From: an uncultured bacterium
Lineage (GTDB): Bacteria; Chloroflexota; UBA5177; JANWHV01
Length of the DNA: 64,000 nucleotides
NCBI GenBank assembly: GCA_963729625.1
Contig: CAVSOU010000007.1
Location: 224,001 to 288,000 of the forward strand
Reading direction: 5' to 3'
Below are positions 54,986 through 64,000 of this stretch, in pieces. Position 1 is the stretch's first letter; every line of letters starts with the position of its first letter. The position numbers and the translations under genes were made by a program. Under the pieces are notes generated by a model. The model was given only the letters and a program-made list of their open reading frames with translations. It made no database searches and had not been told where the DNA came from.

Positions 54986-56572
54986 TCAAGCGCTAGCTGC
55001 CGCGAAACTGCCCGTCAGGGCGCGCTCCAGCGCCGCCACAAAACCGTGGAGTGCTTCGATCTTCAGCGCGCCGAGTGCACAGACCCGGAAACTGGTCTTT
55101 GCAGCCTCGCCCAGCCCGCCATAGATGATGTAGCCCTCTTTCTTCACCGCGTCATGCAGATAGTCGTACGTGACGCCCTGTGGCAACGGCAGTGAGCGCA
55201 CGCTGCGTGAACGATGCTCGCGCGCGACGCGCGGCTCAAGCCCGAGCCTGCTGAACTCGCGATCGAGGTACTCGACCCGCGCCTGGTAGTAGGCCTGTCG
55301 CGCACCGAGGCCCTCGTCAAGCAATTCGTCCAGCGCTGCCTCGAGCCCGTAGATCGCCGGAATGGCGGGCGTGTACGGGACCGTCCGCTTTGCCTGCGCC
55401 CGGAGATACGCGCCGAGGTCGAAGTAGAGCGAGCGAGGAGGCACGGCATTGATCCTCTCCTGTCCCAGGGGCGACACGAGCAGGAACGCCGCGCCCGGCA
55501 AGCCGTGAAGACACTTGTTCGAGGTGCAGGCTAGGAAGTCGATGCCCGAGTCGTCAAGCTGCAGGTCTTCGGCTCCAAACGAGCTTATGGCGTCCACCAG
55601 CGTGCGAACGCCACGCTTCCGCGCTTCCGCCGCAATCGCAGCCACCGGATTCATCAGGCCCGTCGTGGTCTCGTGATGGATAACGGCAACCGCGTCGATC
55701 CCATCGTCCGCGTCCAGAGCGGCGGCCACCCCGCCGGCATCGATAGGCTCGAGGTCTGGCGCGTCGACGATCACCACTTCAATGCCGGAACGCCGCGCTA
55801 TCGTCGCGATGCGCTCGCCGTAGATGCCATTACGACAGACGAGTAGTTTGCGTCCGGGCCTGGTGGAGCCGCACGTCATCGCCTCCATGGCCGACGTGCC
55901 ACTCCCGGCGATCATGACCATCGCCCAGTCATCACCCACGCCGGCAAGCGCCAGAAGCTTACCGCGCACGCGCTCCAGCATGGTCGAATACTCGGGCTCG
56001 CGATGGCAGAGGTCGGGACCGCCCACCGCTCGGTGCACACGGTCACTGACCACGGCCGGTCCTGGATTGAGGAGCACCCGTTGCCTGTGGGCCCTGGTGC
56101 TGGAGAATCGCTCGGCATCGAGCCCGCCGAATGTCGAAACCTCGACGATGAAGTCGGGCTGAGACTCCAGCAGCGACCTGCGTGCATCCCGCCCCGGGAC
56201 GGCAAGGGCAATAACCGCCCCCACACCGGCGCGATGGCCGGCTGCCATCGCGGCCGAGCTGCTCCCAACTACGCCCACACGCCGGACGTCGTCGATGTGC
56301 GCTGCCTGGAGGGCTTCGAACACGCCAAACGGCGAAGGAGCCGGCGCCCCCTGCACTATCAGGTCGGCGAGAGCGCGATCCGTTCTGTTGATCACGTCGT
56401 CCTTTGTGGCAACGAGTGCGATCCGGCCTCCGTCGGCGCGAATCGCCAAGACAGACGGCTCGAGAGCTTCCGCGTCTGCACGCGGCAGATCACCGGCAAA
56501 GAACACCCAGAGCAGGATTGACCGCTCTGTCGCCCATTCGTGGGCCGTGACAGCTGAAACGGCGAAAGGCAT
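54986..56572 (-). CDS. phnW: 2-aminoethylphosphonate aminotransferase with an N-terminal degenerate HAD (PhnX-like) domain
   Basis: From about aa 166: 'LLNPGP','GSGTSAME','HHETTTG','DAISSFG','SNKCLHGLPG'. First ~160 aa resemble a HAD core ('APAPSPFGVF..DDVRRVGVVG..AGHRAG'). Confidence 0.85.
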   Translation of the reverse strand: MPFAVSAVTAHEWATERSILLWVFFAGDLPRADAEALEPSVLAIRADGGRIALVATKDDVINRTDRALADLIVQGAPAPSPFGVFEALQAAHIDDVRRVGVVGSSSAAMAAGHRAGVGAVIALAVPGRDARRSLLESQPDFIVEVSTFGGLDAERFSSTRAHRQRVLLNPGPAVVSDRVHRAVGGPDLCHREPEYSTMLERVRGKLLALAGVGDDWAMVMIAGSGTSAMEAMTCGSTRPGRKLLVCRNGIYGERIATIARRSGIEVVIVDAPDLEPIDAGGVAAALDADDGIDAVAVIHHETTTGLMNPVAAIAAEARKRGVRTLVDAISSFGAEDLQLDDSGIDFLACTSNKCLHGLPGAAFLLVSPLGQERINAVPPRSLYFDLGAYLRAQAKRTVPYTPAIPAIYGLEAALDELLDEGLGARQAYYQARVEYLDREFSRLGLEPRVAREHRSRSVRSLPLPQGVTYDYLHDAVKKEGYIIYGGLGEAAKTSFRVCALGALKIEALHGFVAALERALTGSFAAASA

Positions 56573-56586
56573 AGAATGGTCCCCTT

Positions 56587-57372
56587 TCAGGCCATGTGGC
56601 GTGATACCCCGGGTTTCGACGCGCTGTTCTCGACCGCGAAGTCGACCTGGTCCGCCAGGTACCGATCTTCAGACCATTCCAGAGCGACGCCGGTCTGGGA
56701 GAATGCGTGACGGCGAATACGCAGAAGGGGGGTGTGTGCCGGCACGCCGAGGAGTTCCGCGTCGATCATCGACGCCTCCATGGCGCCGATGACGTGCCGC
56801 GCCGACGCGAAAACGACTCCTTGCCGCGCAAGCTCAGCGTAGATTGACGCGCTGTCGAGATCGACACCGATGAGCAATGCGCCGACACCGGACGGAAACG
56901 TCGCGCGCTCGACCATGAGCGGCCGACCGTCCGCTAGGCGCAGGCGCAGCAGGCGGTACACGGCGCTTCCAGGCGCGACCGCAAATGCGGCTGCCTCCTC
57001 CTCGTCGGCTTCACCGGTGGCATAGTCGACAACTCGGGCCGACGGATGCCCACCCAGTGCCTCGATCCAGGCCGAGAAGCTGATTAGCTCGCTCAGCGGC
57101 TGCGTCATGTGCGGGCCCCGCACCGAAAGCTGCCTGCCGCGCGAACCGGAGATGGTCCCATCCGCGCGCAGGGCCGACAAGGCCTGGCGAACGGTGCCGC
57201 GGGCAACGCCGTACCGGCCGACCAGGTCGTGCTCGGACGGCAAGAGCTGTCCGGGAAGCAGGTCGCCCGTCGCGATCTGCTGCCGTATGTCCGCCGCGAT
57301 CCGGCGATGGAGCGGCCGAGGCAAGGGTCCCGCAACCTGTGGTCCTGCGCTGACTGGATCAGACTTGCGCAC
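56587..57372 (-). CDS. GntR/HutC-family regulator (PhnF/PhnR-like, UTRA domain)
   Basis: 'LPSEHDL..YGVARGTVRQAL','RLRLADGRP', UTRA tail; GTG after GGAGAGG. Confidence 0.92.
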   Translation of the reverse strand: MRKSDPVSAGPQVAGPLPRPLHRRIAADIRQQIATGDLLPGQLLPSEHDLVGRYGVARGTVRQALSALRADGTISGSRGRQLSVRGPHMTQPLSELISFSAWIEALGGHPSARVVDYATGEADEEEAAAFAVAPGSAVYRLLRLRLADGRPLMVERATFPSGVGALLIGVDLDSASIYAELARQGVVFASARHVIGAMEASMIDAELLGVPAHTPLLRIRRHAFSQTGVALEWSEDRYLADQVDFAVENSASKPGVSRHMA

Positions 57373-57391
57373 GAGGTTCCCCTCTCCAGCA

Positions 57392-57437
57392 ACTTGTCTA
57401 TACAAGTCATTGTGCAGCCACGTACATTGGTTGTCAA
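57392..57437 (-). promoter_or_regulatory. phn operon promoter with HutC-type operator
   Basis: Minus-strand TTGACA (57437-57432)-17bp-CACAAT; palindrome ACTTGTATAGACAAGT (57392-57407) over the predicted start site. Confidence 0.8.
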
Positions 57438-57462
57438 GCAGAATGCACCAACGCCAGGGTGA

Positions 57463-59100
57463 TTGCGCGCGTGCATGAACCGGCGTAGACTAGCCGCACA
57501 ACTGCGTGCAGCCCAAGTGGTGAAGATGAACGCCGAAGAGATATTCGCCGGCCTGGCCGACAATGTGTTGCACGTCGTCGCCACCCTTGTGCCCGGCTGC
57601 TCGGCTGCCGCCGGCATCATGGTCGCAAGTACTCGGGCCATGCAGCGGGTCGGTGCGGTCGGCGCGCATGCGAGTCTGCTCCTGGAAGGAGCATCCCTCC
57701 TAAGCGCCTATCGTGCCATGAGCGAGCACGCTATGCTGACCACGTCCTTCGACACGGCCGAGACACCCTCCGGATGCCTCGCGTCGGTGCCGATCTGGGG
57801 CAGAAACCGCATTCCACTGGGCGCCCTTCAGGTGCTGGTCGATAGTGGCAGTTTCGATGCTCGCCTGCGAGGCACACTTGAGGCGCTCACTGAGCTGATA
57901 TCCGATGCCGTGTATCACCACAAACTCAATCTGGACCTCCAGCACAGCCTCAATCAACTCTTCCTCGTCTACGAAGTCGGCCGGCAGTTCAATCTGGTCA
58001 GCAGCATGGACGACGTGTTGCACGAGGTTCGGGTCCGACTTTCCGGCACGATGAACTTCCACCATTGCTGCATCATGCTGCTCAACGCCGAGCAGTATCT
58101 CGTGCCGGAAGCCGGCATTGGCATCGATCCGCAGTGGATGGCGGAAGCCAGACCAAAGCTCGAGCGCAGCGTCGCGGCGCTCGTTCTCGAGAGTGGGGTA
58201 GCCGAGCAGGTGACCGACCCCATCGAGCTGGCCGGACTGGATGCGCCGACGCTGGACACCGGGTTGCCGCCCGAAAGCGTTTTGTGCGCGCCCATGCGGG
58301 CAAGAATGGGGGTGATCGGCGTCCTCGAGCTGTACACGTCCGAACCGTACGCTTTCAGCCGAGACGAGAAGTTCCTGCTGTCGGTGCTCGCATCCGAGCT
58401 GGCTACCGCACTGGAAAACTCGCAACTTTACGCCAGCCTCCGGGAAAAGGAAGGCAGACTGACGGTACTGGCGCACAAGCTCATTCACTCGCAGGAGCAG
58501 GAGCGAAAGCGAATTGCGCGCGATATGCACGACGGCCTCGCGCAGATGCTTGTCAGCGCCTACCAGTATCTGCAGGCCCATGCCTACAGTGTTCCTTCCG
58601 GCAAGAGCCGCGAGTCGCTTGACGAAGGACTTTCCACGCTCGCGGAGTGCATCGACGAGTCTCGAAACGTGATCTTCGATCTCAGGCCTTCCACGCTCGA
58701 TGATTTCGGGCTCGTGCATGCGCTACGCCAGTTCCTGCAGCGTACGGAAGTCGAGGCAGGTTGGAACGCACAGCTGGATATCAAGGGTGACATTGGGCCA
58801 ATGCCCCCAGCAACGGAGACGGCGATCTACCGACTCGTCAAGGAAGCGGTGAGCAACGCCCGAAAGCACGCCCAGTCGCCGAGAATTCAGGTCCGGCTGG
58901 CGTCGCGCGCAGGAAACCAGGTCATTCTCGTGCGCGACTGGGGCAAAGGCTTCGACCCGAAGGCGGCACAGTCGCTCGGCAGCGGTCAGTTCGGGATCAT
59001 GGGCATGCGCGAGCGAGTATCATTGTTAAGCGGTTCATTCCGCCTGAGAAGCAGGACTGGCGCAGGCACCGTCGTTCGAATCGTTCTGCCGCTGGAGTAA
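57463..59100 (+). CDS. GAF sensor histidine kinase (HisKA_3/NarX-type)
   Basis: GAF 'SVLCAPM', 'QEQERKRIARDMHDGLAQ','LRPSTLDD.GL','DWGKGF','FGIMGMRER'. Exact start uncertain. Confidence 0.9.
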   Translation: MRACMNRRRLAAQLRAAQVVKMNAEEIFAGLADNVLHVVATLVPGCSAAAGIMVASTRAMQRVGAVGAHASLLLEGASLLSAYRAMSEHAMLTTSFDTAETPSGCLASVPIWGRNRIPLGALQVLVDSGSFDARLRGTLEALTELISDAVYHHKLNLDLQHSLNQLFLVYEVGRQFNLVSSMDDVLHEVRVRLSGTMNFHHCCIMLLNAEQYLVPEAGIGIDPQWMAEARPKLERSVAALVLESGVAEQVTDPIELAGLDAPTLDTGLPPESVLCAPMRARMGVIGVLELYTSEPYAFSRDEKFLLSVLASELATALENSQLYASLREKEGRLTVLAHKLIHSQEQERKRIARDMHDGLAQMLVSAYQYLQAHAYSVPSGKSRESLDEGLSTLAECIDESRNVIFDLRPSTLDDFGLVHALRQFLQRTEVEAGWNAQLDIKGDIGPMPPATETAIYRLVKEAVSNARKHAQSPRIQVRLASRAGNQVILVRDWGKGFDPKAAQSLGSGQFGIMGMRERVSLLSGSFRLRSRTGAGTVVRIVLPLE

Positions 59101-59125
59101 CGGCGAAGCAATAAGGAGTCCAACC

Positions 59126-59560
59126 ATGCAGCCGCCACAGCCCGATGCGCCATTGATTCTTGTGACCGAGGACAATCCCCTCCACATGAAGATATTTGCG
59201 CTCAACTTGACCTTCAAAGGATATCGCGTGCTCGAGGCTGAGAATGGGCTGAAGGGCCTTGAGCTCGCAAAGAAAGAAGTACCGGACTTGATGCTGGTCG
59301 ATCTTACCCTTCCCAAGATGGAGGGATGGGAGATGGTGCGCAGGATAAAGGCGGACCCGCAGACAGCCCACGTGCCGGTTATCGTCGTGTCCGCGCGGCG
59401 GCCGCAGGACGAAGAGCACGAAGCCCGCGAGCTAAAGATCGACCACTACGTCTCCAAGCCATTCAATCCGGAACATCTGATGGACCTGGTCGATCAGACG
59501 GTGCGGAAATCTCGCGCCAATCGAGCGGACCAGCACAAACACGAGCCCGCGGAGTCCTGA
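59126..59560 (+). CDS. Single-domain response regulator
   Basis: 'TEDN','VDLTLPKMEG','YVSKPF'; RBS AAGGAG. Confidence 0.9.
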   Translation: MQPPQPDAPLILVTEDNPLHMKIFALNLTFKGYRVLEAENGLKGLELAKKEVPDLMLVDLTLPKMEGWEMVRRIKADPQTAHVPVIVVSARRPQDEEHEARELKIDHYVSKPFNPEHLMDLVDQTVRKSRANRADQHKHEPAES

Positions 59561-59671
59561 CCTGCGGCCGTGCCAGGTTGCCCGACACACTCCAATACGC
59601 CGCGTGCGTAGTATCGCGCATCCACAACGCGCTGGAAGGCGGTGCGAGAGAAAATGGGGATGTGATTCATA

Positions 59672-60433
59672 TCACGCCGTTTGGGTCAGGCGGCGATGCA
59701 CTTTCTGAAGCGGGTTCACAACCAACGCCTTCCCACTTTGCCGCACGTAGTCGCCTACTGGAACGCGGGGATGAGGCAGCGGTAGCTCGCCGGCGACCGT
59801 GCTCTTGGCTGCCAGGCTCGCTCGAAAGTCGGCACTGCTCGTGCCGTCGTACTCGGTGTAGGCAGTGCCGATGCGGCAGAGAAAATGCGCGTCACTGCCG
59901 CCTACCTCGGCAAGGCCCCACGCAGCGTTGAGATGCAGAAGCTTGGCACGCGAAAATCGTCCAGCGGGAGAGGGATTGAGCGTCTCAACCGCGGCAAGCG
60001 GGAATCCTCTGGCCAGCAGGCGCTCGATCTGGCGGCGGCCCATGCTCGGCGTCAGCGGACTGAGCGGGTGCGGCGCGATGACGATTCCGCCTTTGCGCAG
60101 TATCTCGTCGCACGTATGCTCTAGCGATCTGAGAGCAGGGATTCGCTCTTCGATGAACAATGCAAGCACGTGAACGCCAAACGCGGTAGTCACCTCCGTG
60201 CCGACAATAAGATCGAAATCGTAGTGCCCACGCGCATGCAACTCTCGCGCCGCGTGAGCCCCAGCCACACTGTCGTGATCGGTTATGGCGATGAGATCAA
60301 GCCCGTGGTTCTGAGCGAAATCCAGCACTTGCCGCGGAGTCGAAAGCCCGTCGCTGAACGTCGTGTGCACGTGGATATCGCCGCGGCTTCGTCGCGCCAC
60401 GGGAGGCGCGCCGATTTCCGAATCGCTCATCAA
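59672..60433 (-). CDS. PHP-domain metal-dependent phosphoesterase
   Basis: 'DIHVHTTFSDG','AITDHD','GTEV','APHP','GGSDAH'. Confidence 0.92.
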   Translation of the reverse strand: MMSDSEIGAPPVARRSRGDIHVHTTFSDGLSTPRQVLDFAQNHGLDLIAITDHDSVAGAHAARELHARGHYDFDLIVGTEVTTAFGVHVLALFIEERIPALRSLEHTCDEILRKGGIVIAPHPLSPLTPSMGRRQIERLLARGFPLAAVETLNPSPAGRFSRAKLLHLNAAWGLAEVGGSDAHFLCRIGTAYTEYDGTSSADFRASLAAKSTVAGELPLPHPRVPVGDYVRQSGKALVVNPLQKVHRRLTQTA

Positions 60434-60476
60434 GCCATGCCTCTCTCACCACTCACCGCGCACAGAGGTTCGAGGG

Positions 60477-61832
60477 TCAGCTTTCGAGCATGATCGACAG
60501 CGGATCTTCGAGCAGCTCCTTGACCCGAACCAGAAATCTTACCGCCTCATTGCCGTCCACAATGCGGTGATCGTACGACAGCGCCACGTACATCATTGGG
60601 CGAATCACAACCTGACCGCTTACGGCGATTGGGCGCTCCTCGATCTTGTGCATACCCAGAATGCCGACTTGCGGCGTATTCAAGATAGGTGTCGAGAGCA
60701 ACGAGCCAAATACACCTCCATTGGTAATCGTGAAGGTGCCGCCGACCAAATCAGCCAGGCTGAGCTCATTGTTGCGCGCCCGCGTCGCCAGGTCAACAAT
60801 TTCGCGCTCGATCTGACCGAAACCCTTGAGTTCCGCGTCACGAAGGACCGGTACGACCAATCCCTCGGCAACCCCAACCGCAATGCCGATATCGTAGTAC
60901 GACTTGAGCACGATTTCGTCACCCTGAATCTCGGCATTCAGGTTTGGAAAGGCCTTCAGCGCCGCGACTACCGCCTTTGTGAAGAAACTCATGAAGCCCA
61001 GGTTCACGCCGTGCAAGGCCTTGAATGAGTCTTTCCTCTTGGATCGCGCCTCGATGATTGCGGACATATCGACTTCATTGAACGTCGTCAGCATGGCGGC
61101 TGCATGCTGCGCCTCGAGCAACCGCCTGGCGATCGTCTGCCGGCGACGAGACATGCGGACCCGCTTCTCACGCGCCCCACGATCTGCTGTCGTCGGCCCA
61201 GCCACGGTGGGTTGCGCCGGCGCCGCACCCGCCACGACACCTGCAAGCGTCTCAGTCGCCTTCGGCGGTGATGCTGGCGTGGACTGCCCCGAGCTCGCCA
61301 AACGCGGCGCCGCTGACGCGGGGGCAGGCGCCTGGTCGCCGTTCATGGCAGTGGCGACGTCAGACTTCGTGACGCGGCCGGAGATGCCTGTACCGCGGAT
61401 CGCGGCGATATCGACATTGCCTTCCTGCGCAATTCGTCTGGCCACAGGCGTGGCCGACACATGTGCGCCTACCGCATCAGGGAGCCCAGCCTCAGCGGCG
61501 CCGGCCTCCCGAACCCGCGGAGAAGTGCCTTCGGCATCCCTCACGGCGGGATCGACCGGGCGGATGACGGCAGCCGCGCCTTGCGGTACGTCAGATGTCG
61601 CATCCATCGTCCCCAAAACCGTTCCGACACCGACCGTTTCACCGGCAGTCCTGAGAATCTCCCCCAGTACACCGCCCTGCTCGGCCGGAACTTCGAGATT
61701 GACTTTCTCAGTCTCGAGCTCCACAATCGCTTCGCCCGGTGTGATCGTGTCACCGATACTCTTCAGCCACTTGCCGACGACTGCTTCCATCACGGATTCG
61801 CCCAGCACCGGCACCACGATCTCAACAGCCAT
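60477..61832 (-). CDS. sucB: Dihydrolipoamide succinyltransferase (E2o)
   Basis: Lipoyl domain 'ETEKV', E3-binding domain, '[11 protein letters not shown]','TITNGG','YDHRIVDG'. Confidence 0.96.
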   Translation of the reverse strand: MAVEIVVPVLGESVMEAVVGKWLKSIGDTITPGEAIVELETEKVNLEVPAEQGGVLGEILRTAGETVGVGTVLGTMDATSDVPQGAAAVIRPVDPAVRDAEGTSPRVREAGAAEAGLPDAVGAHVSATPVARRIAQEGNVDIAAIRGTGISGRVTKSDVATAMNGDQAPAPASAAPRLASSGQSTPASPPKATETLAGVVAGAAPAQPTVAGPTTADRGAREKRVRMSRRRQTIARRLLEAQHAAAMLTTFNEVDMSAIIEARSKRKDSFKALHGVNLGFMSFFTKAVVAALKAFPNLNAEIQGDEIVLKSYYDIGIAVGVAEGLVVPVLRDAELKGFGQIEREIVDLATRARNNELSLADLVGGTFTITNGGVFGSLLSTPILNTPQVGILGMHKIEERPIAVSGQVVIRPMMYVALSYDHRIVDGNEAVRFLVRVKELLEDPLSIMLES

Positions 61833-61845
61833 ATTGCAGCACTCC

Positions 61846-64000
61846 CTATGACACTCCCAGTTGGGAAGCCGGGTCTTGCAGTCCGCTGAAGGCTTCGCTC
61901 ACGATTCGCGCCTGCTCGAGCTGATGGACGATTGGAGAACCTTCCGCTGGGCTGGCCCGCTCAGATCTTCCGATGTAGTCGACGTGTACGTCGCGATTGA
62001 CGATCTCGCGCAGCTGCGGCTGCATATAGCCCCAGGCGCCCATGTTTCGCGGCTCTTCCTGCAGCCAGATCACTTCGCGCGCCCGCGGATAGCTGGCGAG
62101 AACGTGGTGCAGCTCGGCGCGCGGGAACGGGTACAAGAGCTCGACTCTCACCACCGCTGCACGCTCGGCTTCAGCCTTCGCCTGGCTGCCGGCTAAATCC
62201 GCGTAGACCTTCCCCGCACAAAGAATGACTCGAGTCACGTCGCCCGCCCGGTGTCGCGCACGCTCGTCGTCGATCACTGGCTGGAACGAACCCTCTGCCA
62301 GGTCTCGCAGCGCGCTCGATGCGATCGGGTGGCGAAGCAAGCTCTTGGGCGCCATCAGAATCAGAGGCCGAGGATCGACTTCACGTAGGGCAACCTGCAG
62401 ACGCAGCAGATGGAAATACTGTGCAGCGGTCGTGCAATTGGCAACGCGCAGATTGTCGCTTGCGGAGAGCTGGAGGAAGCGTTCCAGACGGCCGCTGGAG
62501 TGCTCGGGCCCCATGCCCTCGTAGCCGTGCGGCAGCAACATGACCATCCATGGGAATTGGCGCCACTTCGCCCGTGCCGCGCTTATGAATTGGTCGATGA
62601 TCACCTGTGCGGCGTTGGCGAAATCGCCGTATTGCGCCTCCCACAGCAAGAGTGCCCCTGTCGCCTGGCCGACGTATCCGTATTCGAAACCAAGCGCCGC
62701 CGCCTCCGAAAGAGCACTGTTGTAAATGGCAAAGGACGCGCGTGCTTCCTTCAGCGAGTGCATTGGGATGTACGGCGATCCGGTCATCGCATCGTACCAG
62801 ACCATGTGGCGCTGACTGAAGGTTCCACGCTCGGAATCCTGACCAACCAGCCGAATTGGCGTGCCATCGGCAAGCAGCGAGGCAAACGCAAGCGACTCCG
62901 CATGCGCCCAATCAATTCCCCCGTCGCCCGTGACCGCATCGCGCCGCGTTTGCAGCAGTCTCTCCAACCGGGGATGCAGCATGAAGCCTAGCGGACGGTC
63001 CAGCAATTGCGTGTTGTACTGCACAAGATGGTCAGCCGGCACCGGCAGCACCGTCACTTCCGCCCGCACGCGCACTGTGCCCTCTTCACGCACGACCGGC
63101 TCTTCAGCAGTAGATAGGAGCGCCTGGAGCTCCGCCAGTGCCGACTGGAATAGCTGCTCGGAGTCCTCGAGAGGCACGATGCCGTCACGGGCGAGCGCCT
63201 TCACCCAGAGCTGCCGCACCGATGGATGTTGCCGGATGCGCTCGTACATGAGCGGCTGGGTGAACGCCGGCTCATCGCCCTCGTTGTGTCCCCAGCGCCG
63301 ATAGCCGACAAGATCGATCAAGAAATCCTTCTTGAATCTTCTTCGATACGCGCAGGCAAGACTCGCGGCGGCCAAGCAGGCTTCTGGGTCGTCTGCATTG
63401 ACGTGAACGATCGGGATCTCGAAGCCTTTCGCAAGGTCGCTCGCGTACAACGTCGAGCGTGCGTCCTTTGAGCCTGTCGTGAACCCGAGCTGATTGTTGG
63501 CGATGATATGTATAGTGCCTCCCGTGCGATACCCGGCCAGTCCCGACAGATTGAGCGTCTCACCGACAATCCCTTCGCCCGGGAACGCGGCGTCTCCATG
63601 AATGACGATGGATAGCGCGGCATCGAAGTCCTGCGTTGGGAAACCGGGCGCACTCCGCCGCTCCTGTAGCGCTCGCGTCATGCCTTGAATGACGGGATTC
63701 ACAAACTCCAGGTGACTCGGGTTGGGTGCGAGAGTCACTCGCACGTGCACCGATTCGCCGTCCGTTACTGTCGTCTGGTGCCCGAGGTGATAGCGCACGT
63801 CGCCAGTCCAGCCATAGTGAGCAAAGTGCTCGGTGGGCGAGGTCGTGGCACTGCCGGTGACGCGATGGAACTCCGAAAGGATCCGCGCGTATGGCTTGCC
63901 CAGCACATGCGCGAGCACGTTCAAACGTCCGCGATGCGCCATGCCCATGACGACCTCGGTCGTGCCGCCGGCAGCGGCGTTGCGGACAATGGAGTCGAGC
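61846..64000 (-). CDS. sucA: 2-oxoglutarate dehydrogenase E1 (5' part beyond window)
   Basis: 'GMAHRGRLN','NPSHLE','[10 protein letters not shown]','GHNEGDEP','GPEHSSGR','QEEPRNMG'. Confidence 0.97.
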   Translation of the reverse strand, partial: LDSIVRNAAAGGTTEVVMGMAHRGRLNVLAHVLGKPYARILSEFHRVTGSATTSPTEHFAHYGWTGDVRYHLGHQTTVTDGESVHVRVTLAPNPSHLEFVNPVIQGMTRALQERRSAPGFPTQDFDAALSIVIHGDAAFPGEGIVGETLNLSGLAGYRTGGTIHIIANNQLGFTTGSKDARSTLYASDLAKGFEIPIVHVNADDPEACLAAASLACAYRRRFKKDFLIDLVGYRRWGHNEGDEPAFTQPLMYERIRQHPSVRQLWVKALARDGIVPLEDSEQLFQSALAELQALLSTAEEPVVREEGTVRVRAEVTVLPVPADHLVQYNTQLLDRPLGFMLHPRLERLLQTRRDAVTGDGGIDWAHAESLAFASLLADGTPIRLVGQDSERGTFSQRHMVWYDAMTGSPYIPMHSLKEARASFAIYNSALSEAAALGFEYGYVGQATGALLLWEAQYGDFANAAQVIIDQFISAARAKWRQFPWMVMLLPHGYEGMGPEHSSGRLERFLQLSASDNLRVANCTTAAQYFHLLRLQVALREVDPRPLILMAPKSLLRHPIASSALRDLAEGSFQPVIDDERARHRAGDVTRVILCAGKVYADLAGSQAKAEAERAAVVRVELLYPFPRAELHHVLASYPRAREVIWLQEEPRNMGAWGYMQPQLREIVNRDVHVDYIGRSERASPAEGSPIVHQLEQARIVSEAFSGLQDPASQLGVS

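Overview
64 kb of a GC-rich bacterial chromosome, most likely Chloroflexota (inferred from EF-Tu, PurF and archaeal-type ProRS signatures and gene order; not database-confirmed). The core backbone is proS, pyrD, glnA, purF-M-N-H, tRNA-Thr/Tyr/Thr-tuf-rpmG-secE-nusG-rplKA-rplJL, hisC, serS, tRNA-Thr(CGT) and sucB/sucA. Accessory blocks are: a LacI-controlled family-5 oligosaccharide ABC importer lacking ATPases; a cytoplasmic multi-GAF kinase/Usp/REC/REC-cyclase signalling run; a GH94 cellobiose phosphorylase; MMPL plus an IsdG-like monooxygenase; and a ~11 kb aminophosphonate catabolic island. Strongest leads: (1) a REC-ANTAR regulator directly upstream of glnA, whose leader has twin ANTAR-type hexaloops that are mutually exclusive with an anti-Shine-Dalgarno helix (candidate translational ON switch); (2) a PhnW-PhnY-PhnA cluster in which PhnW carries an N-terminal, catalytically eroded PhnX-like HAD domain, flanked by a Pho-box-preceded saccharopine-dehydrogenase-family enzyme and ABC importer; (3) a ~175-nt rod-shaped intergenic structure with a putative promoter. 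Two genes carry single-base homopolymer frameshifts, probably sequencing errors. No CRISPR, rRNA, integrase or transposase was seen. All calls were made by eye, without database searches.
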